In this document: positions 18,482-26,889 of the stretch, piece after piece
How positions within the stretch are numbered: position 1 is the first letter of the stretch
Layout: each line of letters begins with the position of its first letter
DNA from: an uncultured Bacilli bacterium
GTDB lineage: Bacteria; Bacillota_I; Bacilli_A; RF39; UBA660
DNA length: 54,368 nucleotides
NCBI GenBank assembly: GCA_934155005.1
Contig: CAKPGR010000004.1
Span: 1 to 54,368 of the forward strand
Direction: 5' to 3'
Notes under the pieces: generated by a model
The model's input: the letters and a program-made list of their open reading frames with translations, nothing else
What the model was told of the DNA's origin: nothing
The model's database searches: none
Made by a program: the position numbers and the translations under genes

Positions 18482-19129
18482 TTACATTGATTCTTTTATT
18501 TTCCTTTTAATTTTAGTTAGCTCTCTTGATACCTTTACTTGATTCATATTAAATTTTTCTCCTATTTCTTGTTGGGATAAATCGGTATTAAGACTATACA
18601 AAAGTAATCTTCTACTTTCTTCGTCTAAATCTGTTATTATTTCTTTTAATAGAACCATCGTTTCAATATCAAGTTGACCATTACCAATAATATCATAAAG
18701 ACTCATATCTTTTTCACCCGTATTTACTGGTTCATCGATACTTTGAAGCGTACTTACTACTTGCATTGCTTCTTCAACTTGTTCTTCCGGAATTTCTAGA
18801 AAAATAGATATTTCATAATTACTTGGTGGTCGCATATATTTTTGACTTAAAATTTCAATTGTCTTATCAATACTACTTTTTAATTTAGTAATATTTCTGC
18901 TAACCTTTATTCCTTTATCTTCTCTAATAAGTTTACACATTTCACCAAATATATATGGATAAGCATATGTTGTAAATTTAGCATTACTATTTTCATCATA
19001 ATTATTATAAGCAGTAATTAATCCTATATATCCAGCCTGATATAAATCTTCTTTATTTTTATACCCCGAAAATTTTTTGGCAATTCCATAAATTAAATTA
19101 CTATATTCTTCTATTTTTTCATTTGTCAT
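18482..19129 (-). CDS. sigF: sporulation sigma factor, SigF-like (sigma-70 group 3)
   Basis: Region 2 (DLYQAGYIGLITAYNNYD, FTTYAYPYIFGEM, KVSR) and region 4 HTH (SQQEIGEKFNMNQVKVSR). It lies between a STAS gene and the spoVA genes. Confidence 0.75.
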   Translation of the reverse strand: MTNEKIEEYSNLIYGIAKKFSGYKNKEDLYQAGYIGLITAYNNYDENSNAKFTTYAYPYIFGEMCKLIREDKGIKVSRNITKLKSSIDKTIEILSQKYMRPPSNYEISIFLEIPEEQVEEAMQVVSTLQSIDEPVNTGEKDMSLYDIIGNGQLDIETMVLLKEIITDLDEESRRLLLYSLNTDLSQQEIGEKFNMNQVKVSRELTKIKRKIKESM

Positions 19130-19141
19130 TTTTATCTCCTT

Positions 19142-19486
19142 TTATACTTTGATTAAATTAAACGCTTCTAATTCATTATTTATTTCATCTATATATTTAA
19201 ATATTTTCATTTTATTTAATTTTTCTCTTATACTTTTATTTTCTAAATTAGTTATAAAAACAAAACCGTTATATTTATTAACTAATTCATATATATAAAA
19301 CAAAATATTTATACCTTTATTATCAATTTCCGATATATAATGCATATTTAAAACAACATTTTTTATTTTTTCATCTTTAATAATTTTATTTATTTTTCCT
19401 TCTAATTCTTTCAAATTATCTTTTGTAAGATTTCCTATAATTCTAATGAATAAAATACCCTTCCTATATTCTAAGATAGTTTCCAA
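19142..19486 (-). CDS. spoIIAA: STAS-domain anti-sigma-factor antagonist (SpoIIAA-like), TTG start
   Basis: 114 aa of STAS length and pattern (VVLNMHYISEIDNKGINIL). RBS AAGAGGTGA is followed by TTG. It lies 12 nt upstream of sigF. Confidence 0.65.
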   Translation of the reverse strand: METILEYRKGILFIRIIGNLTKDNLKELEGKINKIIKDEKIKNVVLNMHYISEIDNKGINILFYIYELVNKYNGFVFITNLENKSIREKLNKMKIFKYIDEINNELEAFNLIKV

Positions 19487-19537
19487 AGCATCACCTCTTT
19501 ATATAATTTAACACTTTTAAATTCATAAATATATTGT

Positions 19538-19544
19538 TTCGACA
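19538..19544 (-). promoter_or_regulatory. Spo0A-box (TGTCGAA on the minus strand) upstream of spoIIAA-sigF
   Basis: Exact 7-mer consensus 52-58 nt upstream of the start codon. A single 7-mer can also occur by chance. Confidence 0.35.
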
Positions 19545-19561
19545 AAACTAGAATTTTTATT

Positions 19562-19588
19562 CAAAAAAAAGTTTAGTTTCCTAAACTT
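19562..19588 (-). terminator. rho-independent terminator of htpG
   Basis: 8-bp stem aagtttag (19569-19576) / ctaaactt (19581-19588), followed by U8 on the minus-strand RNA. Confidence 0.6.
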
Positions 19589-21458
19589 ATTTTGAAATAA
19601 TATCAACTATTAAATTACTAATTTCTGTTGGATTTGCAATTGGTAATCCTTCAATTAATCTTGCTTCTGAATATAAAATTTTTGTATATTTTTCTAATTC
19701 TTTTTTGTCTTCTTTATATAATTTCTTAATTTTCTTAACAATTGGATGTTTTGAATTAATTTCTAGAATAGTTTTTGCTTTTATTTTTTCATCAGTAGGC
19801 ATATTATTAATTACTTTTTCCATTTCAATAGACACATCACCTTCTGTTGTAAGACAAACTGGATGTTTTTTAAGTCTATTTGTAAATCTTACTTCTTCTA
19901 CATCATTATTTAATTCTTCTCTCATTAATTTAAACATATCTTTATTTTTTTCATTCATTTTAGTTAACTCTTCTTGTTCTTCTAATGTATCTAAATCTAA
20001 GTCCTTTGAAGCAACATTAATAAATGGTTTTTCATCGTAATTCATAAGTGCTTTTATTGTAAATTCATCAACATAATCAGTTAAATATAAAATATCATAA
20101 CCTTTATCTTTTACCATTTCCACTTGTGGTAATAAATCAATTTTTTCTACTGTATCACCACATGCATAATATATTTTATCTTGGTTTTCTTTTATTTCAT
20201 ACTCTTTTAAAGTTATATAATCTTTTTTGTCTGCTGAATAAAATAGCAATAAGTCTTTTAATTTATCTTTATCCATTCCATAGTTGTTATATACTCCATA
20301 TTTTAATTGATTACCAAAGGTTTTAAAGAATTTTTTATAGTTTTCTCTATCTTTTGATAACATATTTTCTAATTCTTTTTTTATCTTTGTTTCTATACTT
20401 TTAGCAATTAATTTTAGACTACGATCATTTTGTAACATTTCCCTAGATATATTTAGCGATAAATCAGGTGTATCGACAATTCCTTTTACAAAACTAAAAT
20501 AATCTGGTAATAATTCTTTGCATTTTTCTTGAATAAGTACTCCATTAGAATATAGTTGTAATCCTTTTTCATACTCTTTTGTATAAAAATCATATGGCAT
20601 ATGATTTGGAATATAAAGTAAACAATTATAAGATACTTGTCCTTCCATAGAAGAATGAATTACTTTAAGTGGGGCTTCATAATCATAGAATTTATCAGTA
20701 TAAAAATTATTATATTCTTCTTCTGTAATATCTTTTTTATTCTTTTTCCAAATTGGAATCATGCTATTTAAAGTTATAATTTCTTTTACTTTTTCGTATT
20801 CTGAATCAGATCCTTCTTTTAATTTATTATTTTCAACTTCCATTTTGATTGGGTATTTAATATAATCAGAATATTTTTTTATCATTGTTCTTATTCTATA
20901 TTCTGTTAAATAATCACTATATTTTTCATCATCTGTGTCTTCTTTTAAGTGTAAAGTTATTTTAGTACCGACATTTTCTTTAACACATTTTTCTATACTA
21001 TACCCATCAATTCCATTTGATTCCCATCTATTAGAAGATCCATCTATTGTTTTAGTTTCAACAGTTACTTTATCACTAACCATAAATGCTGAGTAAAAAC
21101 CAACTCCAAATTGTCCAATAATATCAACATCTGTTTGATCTTTATTCTCTTCTTTAAATTCTAATGAGCCACTTTTAGCAATTGTTCCTAAATTATTTTC
21201 TAACTCTTTTTCAGTCATACCAATACCATTATCAGTAATTATAATATTTCTATTTTCTTTGTCTAGTTCAATATTTATTTCTAATTTATCTTTTTCTACT
21301 TTTAAACTACTATCTGTTAATGATTTAAAATATAATTTATCTATTGCATCACTTGCATTTGAAATTAATTCTCTTAAAAATATTTCTTTATTTGTATAAA
21401 TTGAATTTATCATCAAGTCTAATAATCTTTTTGATTCTGCTTTAAATTGTTTTTTCAT
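19587..21458 (-). CDS. htpG: molecular chaperone HtpG (Hsp90)
   Basis: N-terminal GHKL motifs (ELISNASDAIDK, GQFGVGFYSAF) in 623 aa. Confidence 0.95.
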   Translation of the reverse strand: MKKQFKAESKRLLDLMINSIYTNKEIFLRELISNASDAIDKLYFKSLTDSSLKVEKDKLEINIELDKENRNIIITDNGIGMTEKELENNLGTIAKSGSLEFKEENKDQTDVDIIGQFGVGFYSAFMVSDKVTVETKTIDGSSNRWESNGIDGYSIEKCVKENVGTKITLHLKEDTDDEKYSDYLTEYRIRTMIKKYSDYIKYPIKMEVENNKLKEGSDSEYEKVKEIITLNSMIPIWKKNKKDITEEEYNNFYTDKFYDYEAPLKVIHSSMEGQVSYNCLLYIPNHMPYDFYTKEYEKGLQLYSNGVLIQEKCKELLPDYFSFVKGIVDTPDLSLNISREMLQNDRSLKLIAKSIETKIKKELENMLSKDRENYKKFFKTFGNQLKYGVYNNYGMDKDKLKDLLLFYSADKKDYITLKEYEIKENQDKIYYACGDTVEKIDLLPQVEMVKDKGYDILYLTDYVDEFTIKALMNYDEKPFINVASKDLDLDTLEEQEELTKMNEKNKDMFKLMREELNNDVEEVRFTNRLKKHPVCLTTEGDVSIEMEKVINNMPTDEKIKAKTILEINSKHPIVKKIKKLYKEDKKELEKYTKILYSEARLIEGLPIANPTEISNLIVDIISK

Positions 21459-21486
21459 TTAATCTCTCCTTACGTAATTACTAAAA

Positions 21487-21506
21487 AGATCTAGAAACCT
21501 AGATCT
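21487..21506 (-). terminator. hairpin between hsp20 and htpG (partial terminator or processing site)
   Basis: agatctag (21487-21494) pairs with ctagatct (21499-21506), followed by UUUU on the minus-strand RNA. It overlaps the hsp20 stop. Confidence 0.4.
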
Positions 21507-21918
21507 AGTCACTAATTTCAACATACTTCTTTTCTGGTAATTTTTCTTGTTCTTCTTTTTTTGGAATTTCTAAGCTTAATATACCATTTCTAAATGAAGC
21601 ATTTATATCTTCTGATTGAATATCTTCACCTACATAAAAGCTACGTGAACATTCACCAAAATATCTTTCACGTCTAACATATTTGTTTTTTTCTTCTTTA
21701 TTATCTGATGAAGTTTTAGCATTTATTGTTAAATATCCATCTGTAACATCTATTTTTATGTCTTCTTTATTGTATCCTGGTAAATCAACATCAATAATAT
21801 ATTTATCATCTGCTTCTTTTATATCTGTTTTCATAAGCTTAGTTTCATTTCTTTTGAAGAATTGGTCTCCAAAAATATCATCGAACAAATCAAAATTACT
21901 TTTTGGTATCATCATCAT
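21505..21918 (-). CDS. Hsp20/alpha-crystallin family small heat-shock protein
   Basis: Alpha-crystallin domain (DIKEADDKYIIDVDLPGYNKEDIKI...NGILSLEIPK). Confidence 0.85.
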   Translation of the reverse strand: MMMIPKSNFDLFDDIFGDQFFKRNETKLMKTDIKEADDKYIIDVDLPGYNKEDIKIDVTDGYLTINAKTSSDNKEEKNKYVRRERYFGECSRSFYVGEDIQSEDINASFRNGILSLEIPKKEEQEKLPEKKYVEISD

Positions 21919-22025
21919 ATAAATCTACTTCCTTTCTTTTATGTTGCCTATTTTAGATAGGTAGCACATAGATATAATTTAATACCTGTAGGTATCTCCT
22001 ACAATTAACATGTTATCACTTTTTA

Positions 22026-22052
22026 TTAGCACTGTCAAGTGTAGAGTGCTTA
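22026..22052 (-). promoter_or_regulatory. CIRCE-like inverted repeat (HrcA operator candidate) upstream of hsp20-htpG
   Basis: TTAGCACTG-N9-GAGTGCTTA against consensus TTAGCACTC-N9-GAGTGCTAA (2 mismatches). On the minus strand, TTGACA-17 nt-TAACAT overlaps it. Confidence 0.55.
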
Positions 22053-22085
22053 TTTTGACAATTATTTTAAAATTTATATTTATCA

Positions 22086-22113
22086 AATAAAAACTCGATA
22101 TTTTTATATCGAG
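22086..22113 (-). terminator. rho-independent terminator after tRNA-Trp
   Basis: ctcgatat (22094-22101) pairs with atatcgag (22106-22113), followed by a U-run on the minus-strand RNA. Confidence 0.6.
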
Positions 22114-22151
22114 CTCATTTTAACGAACAATTTAGTTCGAATTATTCTAAG

Positions 22152-22225
22152 TGGCAGGGGTAGCAGGAGTTGAACCCACATCAGCGGTTTTGGAGACCGT
22201 TATTCTACCATTGAACTATACCCCT
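22152..22225 (-). tRNA. trnW: tRNA-Trp (anticodon CCA), 74 nt with encoded CCA end
   Basis: The reverse complement is AGGGGTATAGTTCAATGGTAGAATAACGGTCTCCAAAACCGCTGATGTGGGTTCAACTCCTGCTACCCCTGCCA. It has a 7-bp acceptor stem AGGGGTA/TACCCCT, anticodon loop CU-CCA-AA and T-loop TTCAACT. Confidence 0.9.
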
Positions 22226-22236
22226 AAAACAAATAC

Positions 22237-22265
22237 ATTATATCATATTATTTTTAATTAATCAA
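22237..22265 (-). promoter_or_regulatory. sigma-A type promoter of tRNA-Trp
   Basis: On the minus strand, TTGATT (22260-22265), a 17-nt spacer, then TATAAT (22237-22242), 11 nt before the tRNA 5' end. Confidence 0.55.
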
Positions 22266-22287
22266 TATACTTTAAATAGGTGATGTT

Positions 22288-22713
22288 ATGGGAATTATTC
22301 AATCTACAACTAAAGAAAGAAATTTACTTGCTAGATTAATGCGAGCAGAAGCCGTTGGGGAAGGAAATTTAGGTATGTTAATGGTTGGAAATATTGTTAT
22401 TAATAGGGCCCTAAGCAATTGTTTAACATTCAAAAATATTAAAACAATTAATGATGTAATTTATCAAGCTAATCAATTTTCTGGGATCAATAGTTCTTTA
22501 TTTTTTTCAAATCCTACCACTAAAGAACGTCAGTTAGCCGATAGAGTAATAAGAGGAGAATACTTTTATCCTGCTACTAATGCCCTTTGGTTTTATGCTC
22601 CACAAACAGGTGAAAGTTGTAAAGCTGTATGGTATAATCAATCGTTAGCTGGAAGATATAAAAATCATTGTTTTTATAATCCAGCGGCTGGTGTTTGTAA
22701 AGAAATTCACTAA
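22288..22713 (+). CDS. cell wall hydrolase, SleB/CwlJ catalytic-domain family (spore cortex-lytic type)
   Basis: LLARLMRAEAVGEG...MVGNIVINRA...QANQFSG matches the Hydrolase_2 signature. At 141 aa it is like CwlJ. Confidence 0.8.
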   Translation: MGIIQSTTKERNLLARLMRAEAVGEGNLGMLMVGNIVINRALSNCLTFKNIKTINDVIYQANQFSGINSSLFFSNPTTKERQLADRVIRGEYFYPATNALWFYAPQTGESCKAVWYNQSLAGRYKNHCFYNPAAGVCKEIH

Positions 22714-22741
22714 AAAACTTATCAATAAAGATAAGTTTTTT
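22712..22741. terminator. bidirectional terminator between convergent genes
   Basis: aacttatc (22716-22723) pairs with gataagtt (22730-22737), flanked by an A-run and a T-run. Confidence 0.6.
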
Positions 22742-23234
22742 AATTTTTAATTGCTATTTTAATTGTGCTATAATCATATGATATTTCATTTAATATTTGT
22801 AATAGAAAATTCATGAGTGTTTCTGTATCATAATGAGTTTCTATATATAAATCTTCATCAAGTTTAACTGGACTTCTCATATCATTGACATTAGACGATA
22901 GTCTTGTTCTTTTCCTTCCAAGTAATTTATCTCTTAGATCATATAATTTATTTTTCATGTTTTTATCCTTCATAGCATCTTCTAAAATAAATTTAACTGC
23001 ATTTTTCCACGTTGGTGTTATAACTCTCTCATCATTTAAAATAACAGCTATAACTTTTTTTCCTTTAAAACTTGATGTATTAGTTACAGGATAAATTACC
23101 TCATATTCACTTTCTTCTGAAATATTATTATTATCTATTTTTGATACTTCTTTTACAATTTGATCAAAAGTAGAATTAATCATTAAAATTATTTCATCTT
23201 GTTTTTTTCTTATTTCATCAATTACATTATTCAT
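22740..23234 (-). CDS. hypothetical protein
   Basis: A 164-aa ORF with strong RBS AAGGAGGG and its own promoter. I recognise no family. Confidence 0.5.
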   Translation of the reverse strand: MNNVIDEIRKKQDEIILMINSTFDQIVKEVSKIDNNNISEESEYEVIYPVTNTSSFKGKKVIAVILNDERVITPTWKNAVKFILEDAMKDKNMKNKLYDLRDKLLGRKRTRLSSNVNDMRSPVKLDEDLYIETHYDTETLMNFLLQILNEISYDYSTIKIAIKN

Positions 23235-23254
23235 AGTATTCCCTCCTTAATATG

Positions 23255-23283
23255 ATTTTAGCACGTGCTAAAGTTAATGTCAA
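23255..23283 (-). promoter_or_regulatory. sigma-A type promoter overlapped by a perfect 16-bp palindrome (operator candidate)
   Basis: On the minus strand, TTGACA (23278-23283), 17 nt, then TAAAAT (23255-23260). The palindrome TTTAGCACGTGCTAAA lies at 23257-23272. Confidence 0.5.
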
Positions 23284-23322
23284 TAGTATATAAAAAAAGA
23301 TTACTTGGCTTGAGTAAACTTT

Positions 23323-24498
23323 TTATATTGTTAAAACTTGACCTAATGATAGGGTATTACTTGTTAAATTATTTTTCGTTTTTATTTCATTAACTGTTGT
23401 ATTATATTTTTTAGCTATACTATATAACGTATCTCCTGATTTAACTATATATTTTATTTGATTATTAGTTGTTGGTATTTTTAATTGTTGCCCTATTGAT
23501 AATAAATTGCTTGTTAGATTATTATAATCCATAAGTTCTTGTTGAGTCAGACCATATTTTTTTGATATTGAATACAAGTTATCCCCTTTTTGAACAGTAT
23601 ATATTATTTCATCTTTTGTTTGTTCATTAGAAGGTATTTTCAATTGTTGGTTAATAGTTAAAGCATTTGAAATTAAATTATTTAATTTTTTTATTTCATC
23701 AACTGTTGTATTATATTTTCTAGCTATACTATATAATGTATCTCCTGATTTAACTACATAATAATCATCACTTATTTCTTTTGTTGGAATTTTTAGCAAT
23801 TGTCCAACAGATAATAGATTAGAAGTTAAATTATTTAATTCTTTTAGTTGGTCAACAGTAACTCCAAATTTTTTTGATATGCTCCACAAACTATCTCCTT
23901 TTTCTACTATATAAAAATCTCCTGAAATTGGTTCATATTTGGTACCTGTATATTCAGCAAGGGCCTTTACAACTGCCTCAGCATATTTTTCATAATCGTT
24001 TTTTAATTGTTCTACATCATCTAAACTACTATCCAAGAATCCATATTCAACAATTATAGGTTGTGTTTTTCCAGTATTTCTATGAATAAAATAGTAATCT
24101 TTTGATGTATCACTTGGTAATCTTCTTTGATATGCATCTCTTATATTTTGACCTTCTGCTTCTAAATTTTTTAATACTAAATTAGCTAGTTTATTACTAT
24201 TTCTAAGAGCATATATTACTTCAGCACCATCGCCACCTCCTGCATTTATGTGATTAGAAACAACTATTACATTTGGATTATTACCATAGGCATCTAAAAT
24301 TCTATTAACTCTATCAGTAGGATTCAATGTCTCATCAGTAGTCCTAGTCATTGTAACAGGTATCCCAAGTTGTTTTAATCTGTCATACATATATTGTGAA
24401 ATTTTTAAAGTCAATTCTTTTTCTATAATTCCATTCCCACTTGATCCTGGATCATCCCCTCCATGTCCAGCATCAATTACAATTTTATAGTTATTCAT
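23323..24498 (-). CDS. N-acetylmuramoyl-L-alanine amidase (Amidase_3) with four C-terminal LysM repeats
   Basis: KIVIDAGHGGDDPGSSGNG and the other Amidase_3 motifs, plus four LysM modules (Y.V..GD.L..I..K). Confidence 0.85.
   Translation of the reverse strand: MNNYKIVIDAGHGGDDPGSSGNGIIEKELTLKISQYMYDRLKQLGIPVTMTRTTDETLNPTDRVNRILDAYGNNPNVIVVSNHINAGGGDGAEVIYALRNSNKLANLVLKNLEAEGQNIRDAYQRRLPSDTSKDYYFIHRNTGKTQPIIVEYGFLDSSLDDVEQLKNDYEKYAEAVVKALAEYTGTKYEPISGDFYIVEKGDSLWSISKKFGVTVDQLKELNNLTSNLLSVGQLLKIPTKEISDDYYVVKSGDTLYSIARKYNTTVDEIKKLNNLISNALTINQQLKIPSNEQTKDEIIYTVQKGDNLYSISKKYGLTQQELMDYNNLTSNLLSIGQQLKIPTTNNQIKYIVKSGDTLYSIAKKYNTTVNEIKTKNNLTSNTLSLGQVLTI
23381..23757 (-). repeat. near-identical ~67-nt intragenic DNA repeats (LysM modules 2 and 4)
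   Basis: 23381-23448 and 23691-23757 differ at only a few positions, with a spacing of about 310 nt. Confidence 0.7.
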
Positions 24499-24568
24499 AC
24501 ATATTCCTCCTAAAATAGTTTATGTTAATTATCTATTTTGGAAACAAAAAAAGGAAATAACTAATTTC

Positions 24569-25975
24569 CTAATTATTAACCCTATGCCTAGAAGGCTTTG
24601 TTGATTTAGTAATAGCTTTAAAAGTATATCCATTATCTTTACCATATTTAATTATTCTTCTAATAGCATTCAAAGTTTTATAATTACCTTCAAAATCATG
24701 AAGTAAAACAACATTATTTTGATAAACTAAATTATTAACTACATTATTATAAATATCATTCTCGTCTCTAGCTCCACCAGCATCCTCACATGAAACATTC
24801 CAATCAAAATAACTATATCCTTTATCTAAAACTTGACTAGTTAAAATACTCATAATACCACTACTATATTTTCTACTAACTGTATTAGAACTTCCACCTG
24901 GAAATCTAATAATATTACTATATTCACCAGTAATACTATGAACTTTTTCTCTAATGCTATTTAAATCCGAAAAATAATTATCAACACTAGAATAAATATA
25001 ACTATAATCATGTGTATAACTATGAAGTGCGACTGTATGTCCATCATCATGTTCCTGTTTAATTAAATAATTAAGAGAGTCATCATGATTTATAACAAAA
25101 AATGTAACCTTAATATTTTCTTCTTTTAAAATTTGAAGTAAAGAAGGGGTTATAGTAGCACTTGGTCCATCATCAAAAGTAAGATAAATTATTTTTCCAC
25201 TTCCATCAATAGCAGGCACTTGATCATAATTAATAACATTTATAGTACGCGTAGCAACAGACTCATTACCTTTATTATCATATGCTTTATATTTTATTTC
25301 ATATTTACCAACTGTATTAGTATCAACATTTCCTTCAACAACAACATTATCTATAACACCATCACAATTATCTTTAACAATATAACCTGGTTCTACATAC
25401 TCTTCTCCAACATAAACATTAATTAAATGTTCCCCAAGCAATGCTATATCAGGGCCTTTTATATCACCATATTTAATTTTTCTTTTAACCTCACTTTTAT
25501 TTAAAGAAGAATCCTCAACGCTATATATAATAAAATCTTTTTCTTTTTTTATTTTAACTTTATTTGTAATATCACCATCATAATTATCAAATGCTTTATA
25601 TCCTTCTTCTACATATTCGCTAGAAGGGCAAGTATAACTATCACCTTTTAACTTAATACTTGGTTTAACTTTGTCAACAACACTAATTTTTCTTATTTTT
25701 TTAACTTTACCACTTCTAACATTCAAACTATACTCAACTGTATAATTACCTATTTTTTTATTATTTATATTATTTTTAATTTTAACATCATCAGTTTTAT
25801 CCAAAAAATTATATAAGCCAATATAACCTGGTTCTTTATATTTCTCATTTAAATTAATAGTCAATTCTTTTTTGCCTTTTAATATAATACTCGGTTTTGA
25901 TAAAATAAAATTAATAGAAATAAAACTTGCTAACAAAATAATAAAATAAATTCCATCATAACTTAACTTCTTCAC
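24569..25975 (-). CDS. polysaccharide/peptidoglycan deacetylase (NodB domain) with N-terminal Ig-like repeats
   Basis: Signal anchor, three repeats of KP.I.L.G....V..G..Y.EPGY (DUF5011-like), and NodB motifs TFDDGP and HSYTH. Confidence 0.8.
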   Translation of the reverse strand: MKKLSYDGIYFIILLASFISINFILSKPSIILKGKKELTINLNEKYKEPGYIGLYNFLDKTDDVKIKNNINNKKIGNYTVEYSLNVRSGKVKKIRKISVVDKVKPSIKLKGDSYTCPSSEYVEEGYKAFDNYDGDITNKVKIKKEKDFIIYSVEDSSLNKSEVKRKIKYGDIKGPDIALLGEHLINVYVGEEYVEPGYIVKDNCDGVIDNVVVEGNVDTNTVGKYEIKYKAYDNKGNESVATRTINVINYDQVPAIDGSGKIIYLTFDDGPSATITPSLLQILKEENIKVTFFVINHDDSLNYLIKQEHDDGHTVALHSYTHDYSYIYSSVDNYFSDLNSIREKVHSITGEYSNIIRFPGGSSNTVSRKYSSGIMSILTSQVLDKGYSYFDWNVSCEDAGGARDENDIYNNVVNNLVYQNNVVLLHDFEGNYKTLNAIRRIIKYGKDNGYTFKAITKSTKPSRHRVNN

Positions 25976-26058
25976 AGTAACACCCTCTTAAAAGTAAACA
26001 TACTTATTTTATTTTAACATTTTTTTTACAATCTTTAAACCTATTTATTTAAATTTAT

Positions 26059-26083
26059 AAAATAAAAGCAAGATTAACTTGCT
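26059..26083 (-). terminator. rho-independent terminator
   Basis: agcaag (26067-26072) pairs with cttgct (26078-26083), followed by a U-rich tract on the minus-strand RNA. The stop codon sits in the loop. Confidence 0.45.
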
Positions 26084-26754
26084 CTTATTTTATTTATATA
26101 ATTATTTATACTACTAGCCCATGTAGTACTAGCAGCGTATTTGGGATTAATTGTCTCTGGTGTTGTCAAACCATAAGCATAATAATTATTATATAAATTA
26201 TTCATAAAACTACTTATTCCTTCTTCTAATGAACCAAAAGCCATATAAGATCCATTCGATCCTTTTTGACCTCCAACATTATAAGAATATTTAACTAAAC
26301 CACTACATTCCCAAGAACAACCTGTTTCATGTAAAACGATTGCAACAGCAAGATATGGATCAATTCCAAGATTTAAAGCATAATCAGCGAATAAAGCACC
26401 TGTACCACTTAAAGTGGATGATAAATTTCTATTTAATTTATCTATTAAGGCATCCCTAGTTAAACCATCATAAACTATCTCAGGTTCAACCACTTGGGCA
26501 ACTTCTTCGTTTTCATCATTTTGTTCTAATGTATCATCCTCAGTTACTACTTCTTGAGTAGTTTCCGAATCTGTTTCTAAAACAGATGTTACATCGATCT
26601 TTTTTGTTGTATTTTCTAAAATGTTGTTTGATAATAATAATTCGCTATCTACTTTTTTTTCTTGCTTAACTTCGTTTTTAAATGAAAATGTTATTCCTAT
26701 TAAAACAATTGAGATTATAGCCAGGCCGGCTTTAATCTTCTGCTCAGTTTTCAA
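26074..26754 (-). CDS. membrane-anchored glucosaminidase-domain protein (mannosyl-glycoprotein endo-beta-N-acetylglucosaminidase-like)
   Basis: C-terminal domain motifs AVAIVLHETG and YNVGG. I prefer the TTG start at 26754, behind GGAGAGGTGA, over the RBS-less TTG at 26820. Confidence 0.6.
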   Translation of the reverse strand: MKTEQKIKAGLAIISIVLIGITFSFKNEVKQEKKVDSELLLSNNILENTTKKIDVTSVLETDSETTQEVVTEDDTLEQNDENEEVAQVVEPEIVYDGLTRDALIDKLNRNLSSTLSGTGALFADYALNLGIDPYLAVAIVLHETGCSWECSGLVKYSYNVGGQKGSNGSYMAFGSLEEGISSFMNNLYNNYYAYGLTTPETINPKYAASTTWASSINNYINKIRAS

Positions 26755-26889
26755 ATTTTCACCTCTCCATTTTTTGACGAAAACATTATTGATATTACCA
26801 TATAAGGGGGTATTTGTCAAATTATGACATTAATAATATACCCACTTATATTATATTCTATTCAAAAAATTTTAAGATAAAAATTAAAT

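Noticed and set aside
26755-26820. The N-terminal extension of the glucosaminidase ORF, starting at the TTG at 26820.
   Set aside because: There is no RBS in front of it. The in-frame TTG at 26754 is preceded by GGAGAGGTGA and gives a normal signal-anchor N-terminus (MKTEQKIKAGLAIISIVLIG). The choice remains uncertain.
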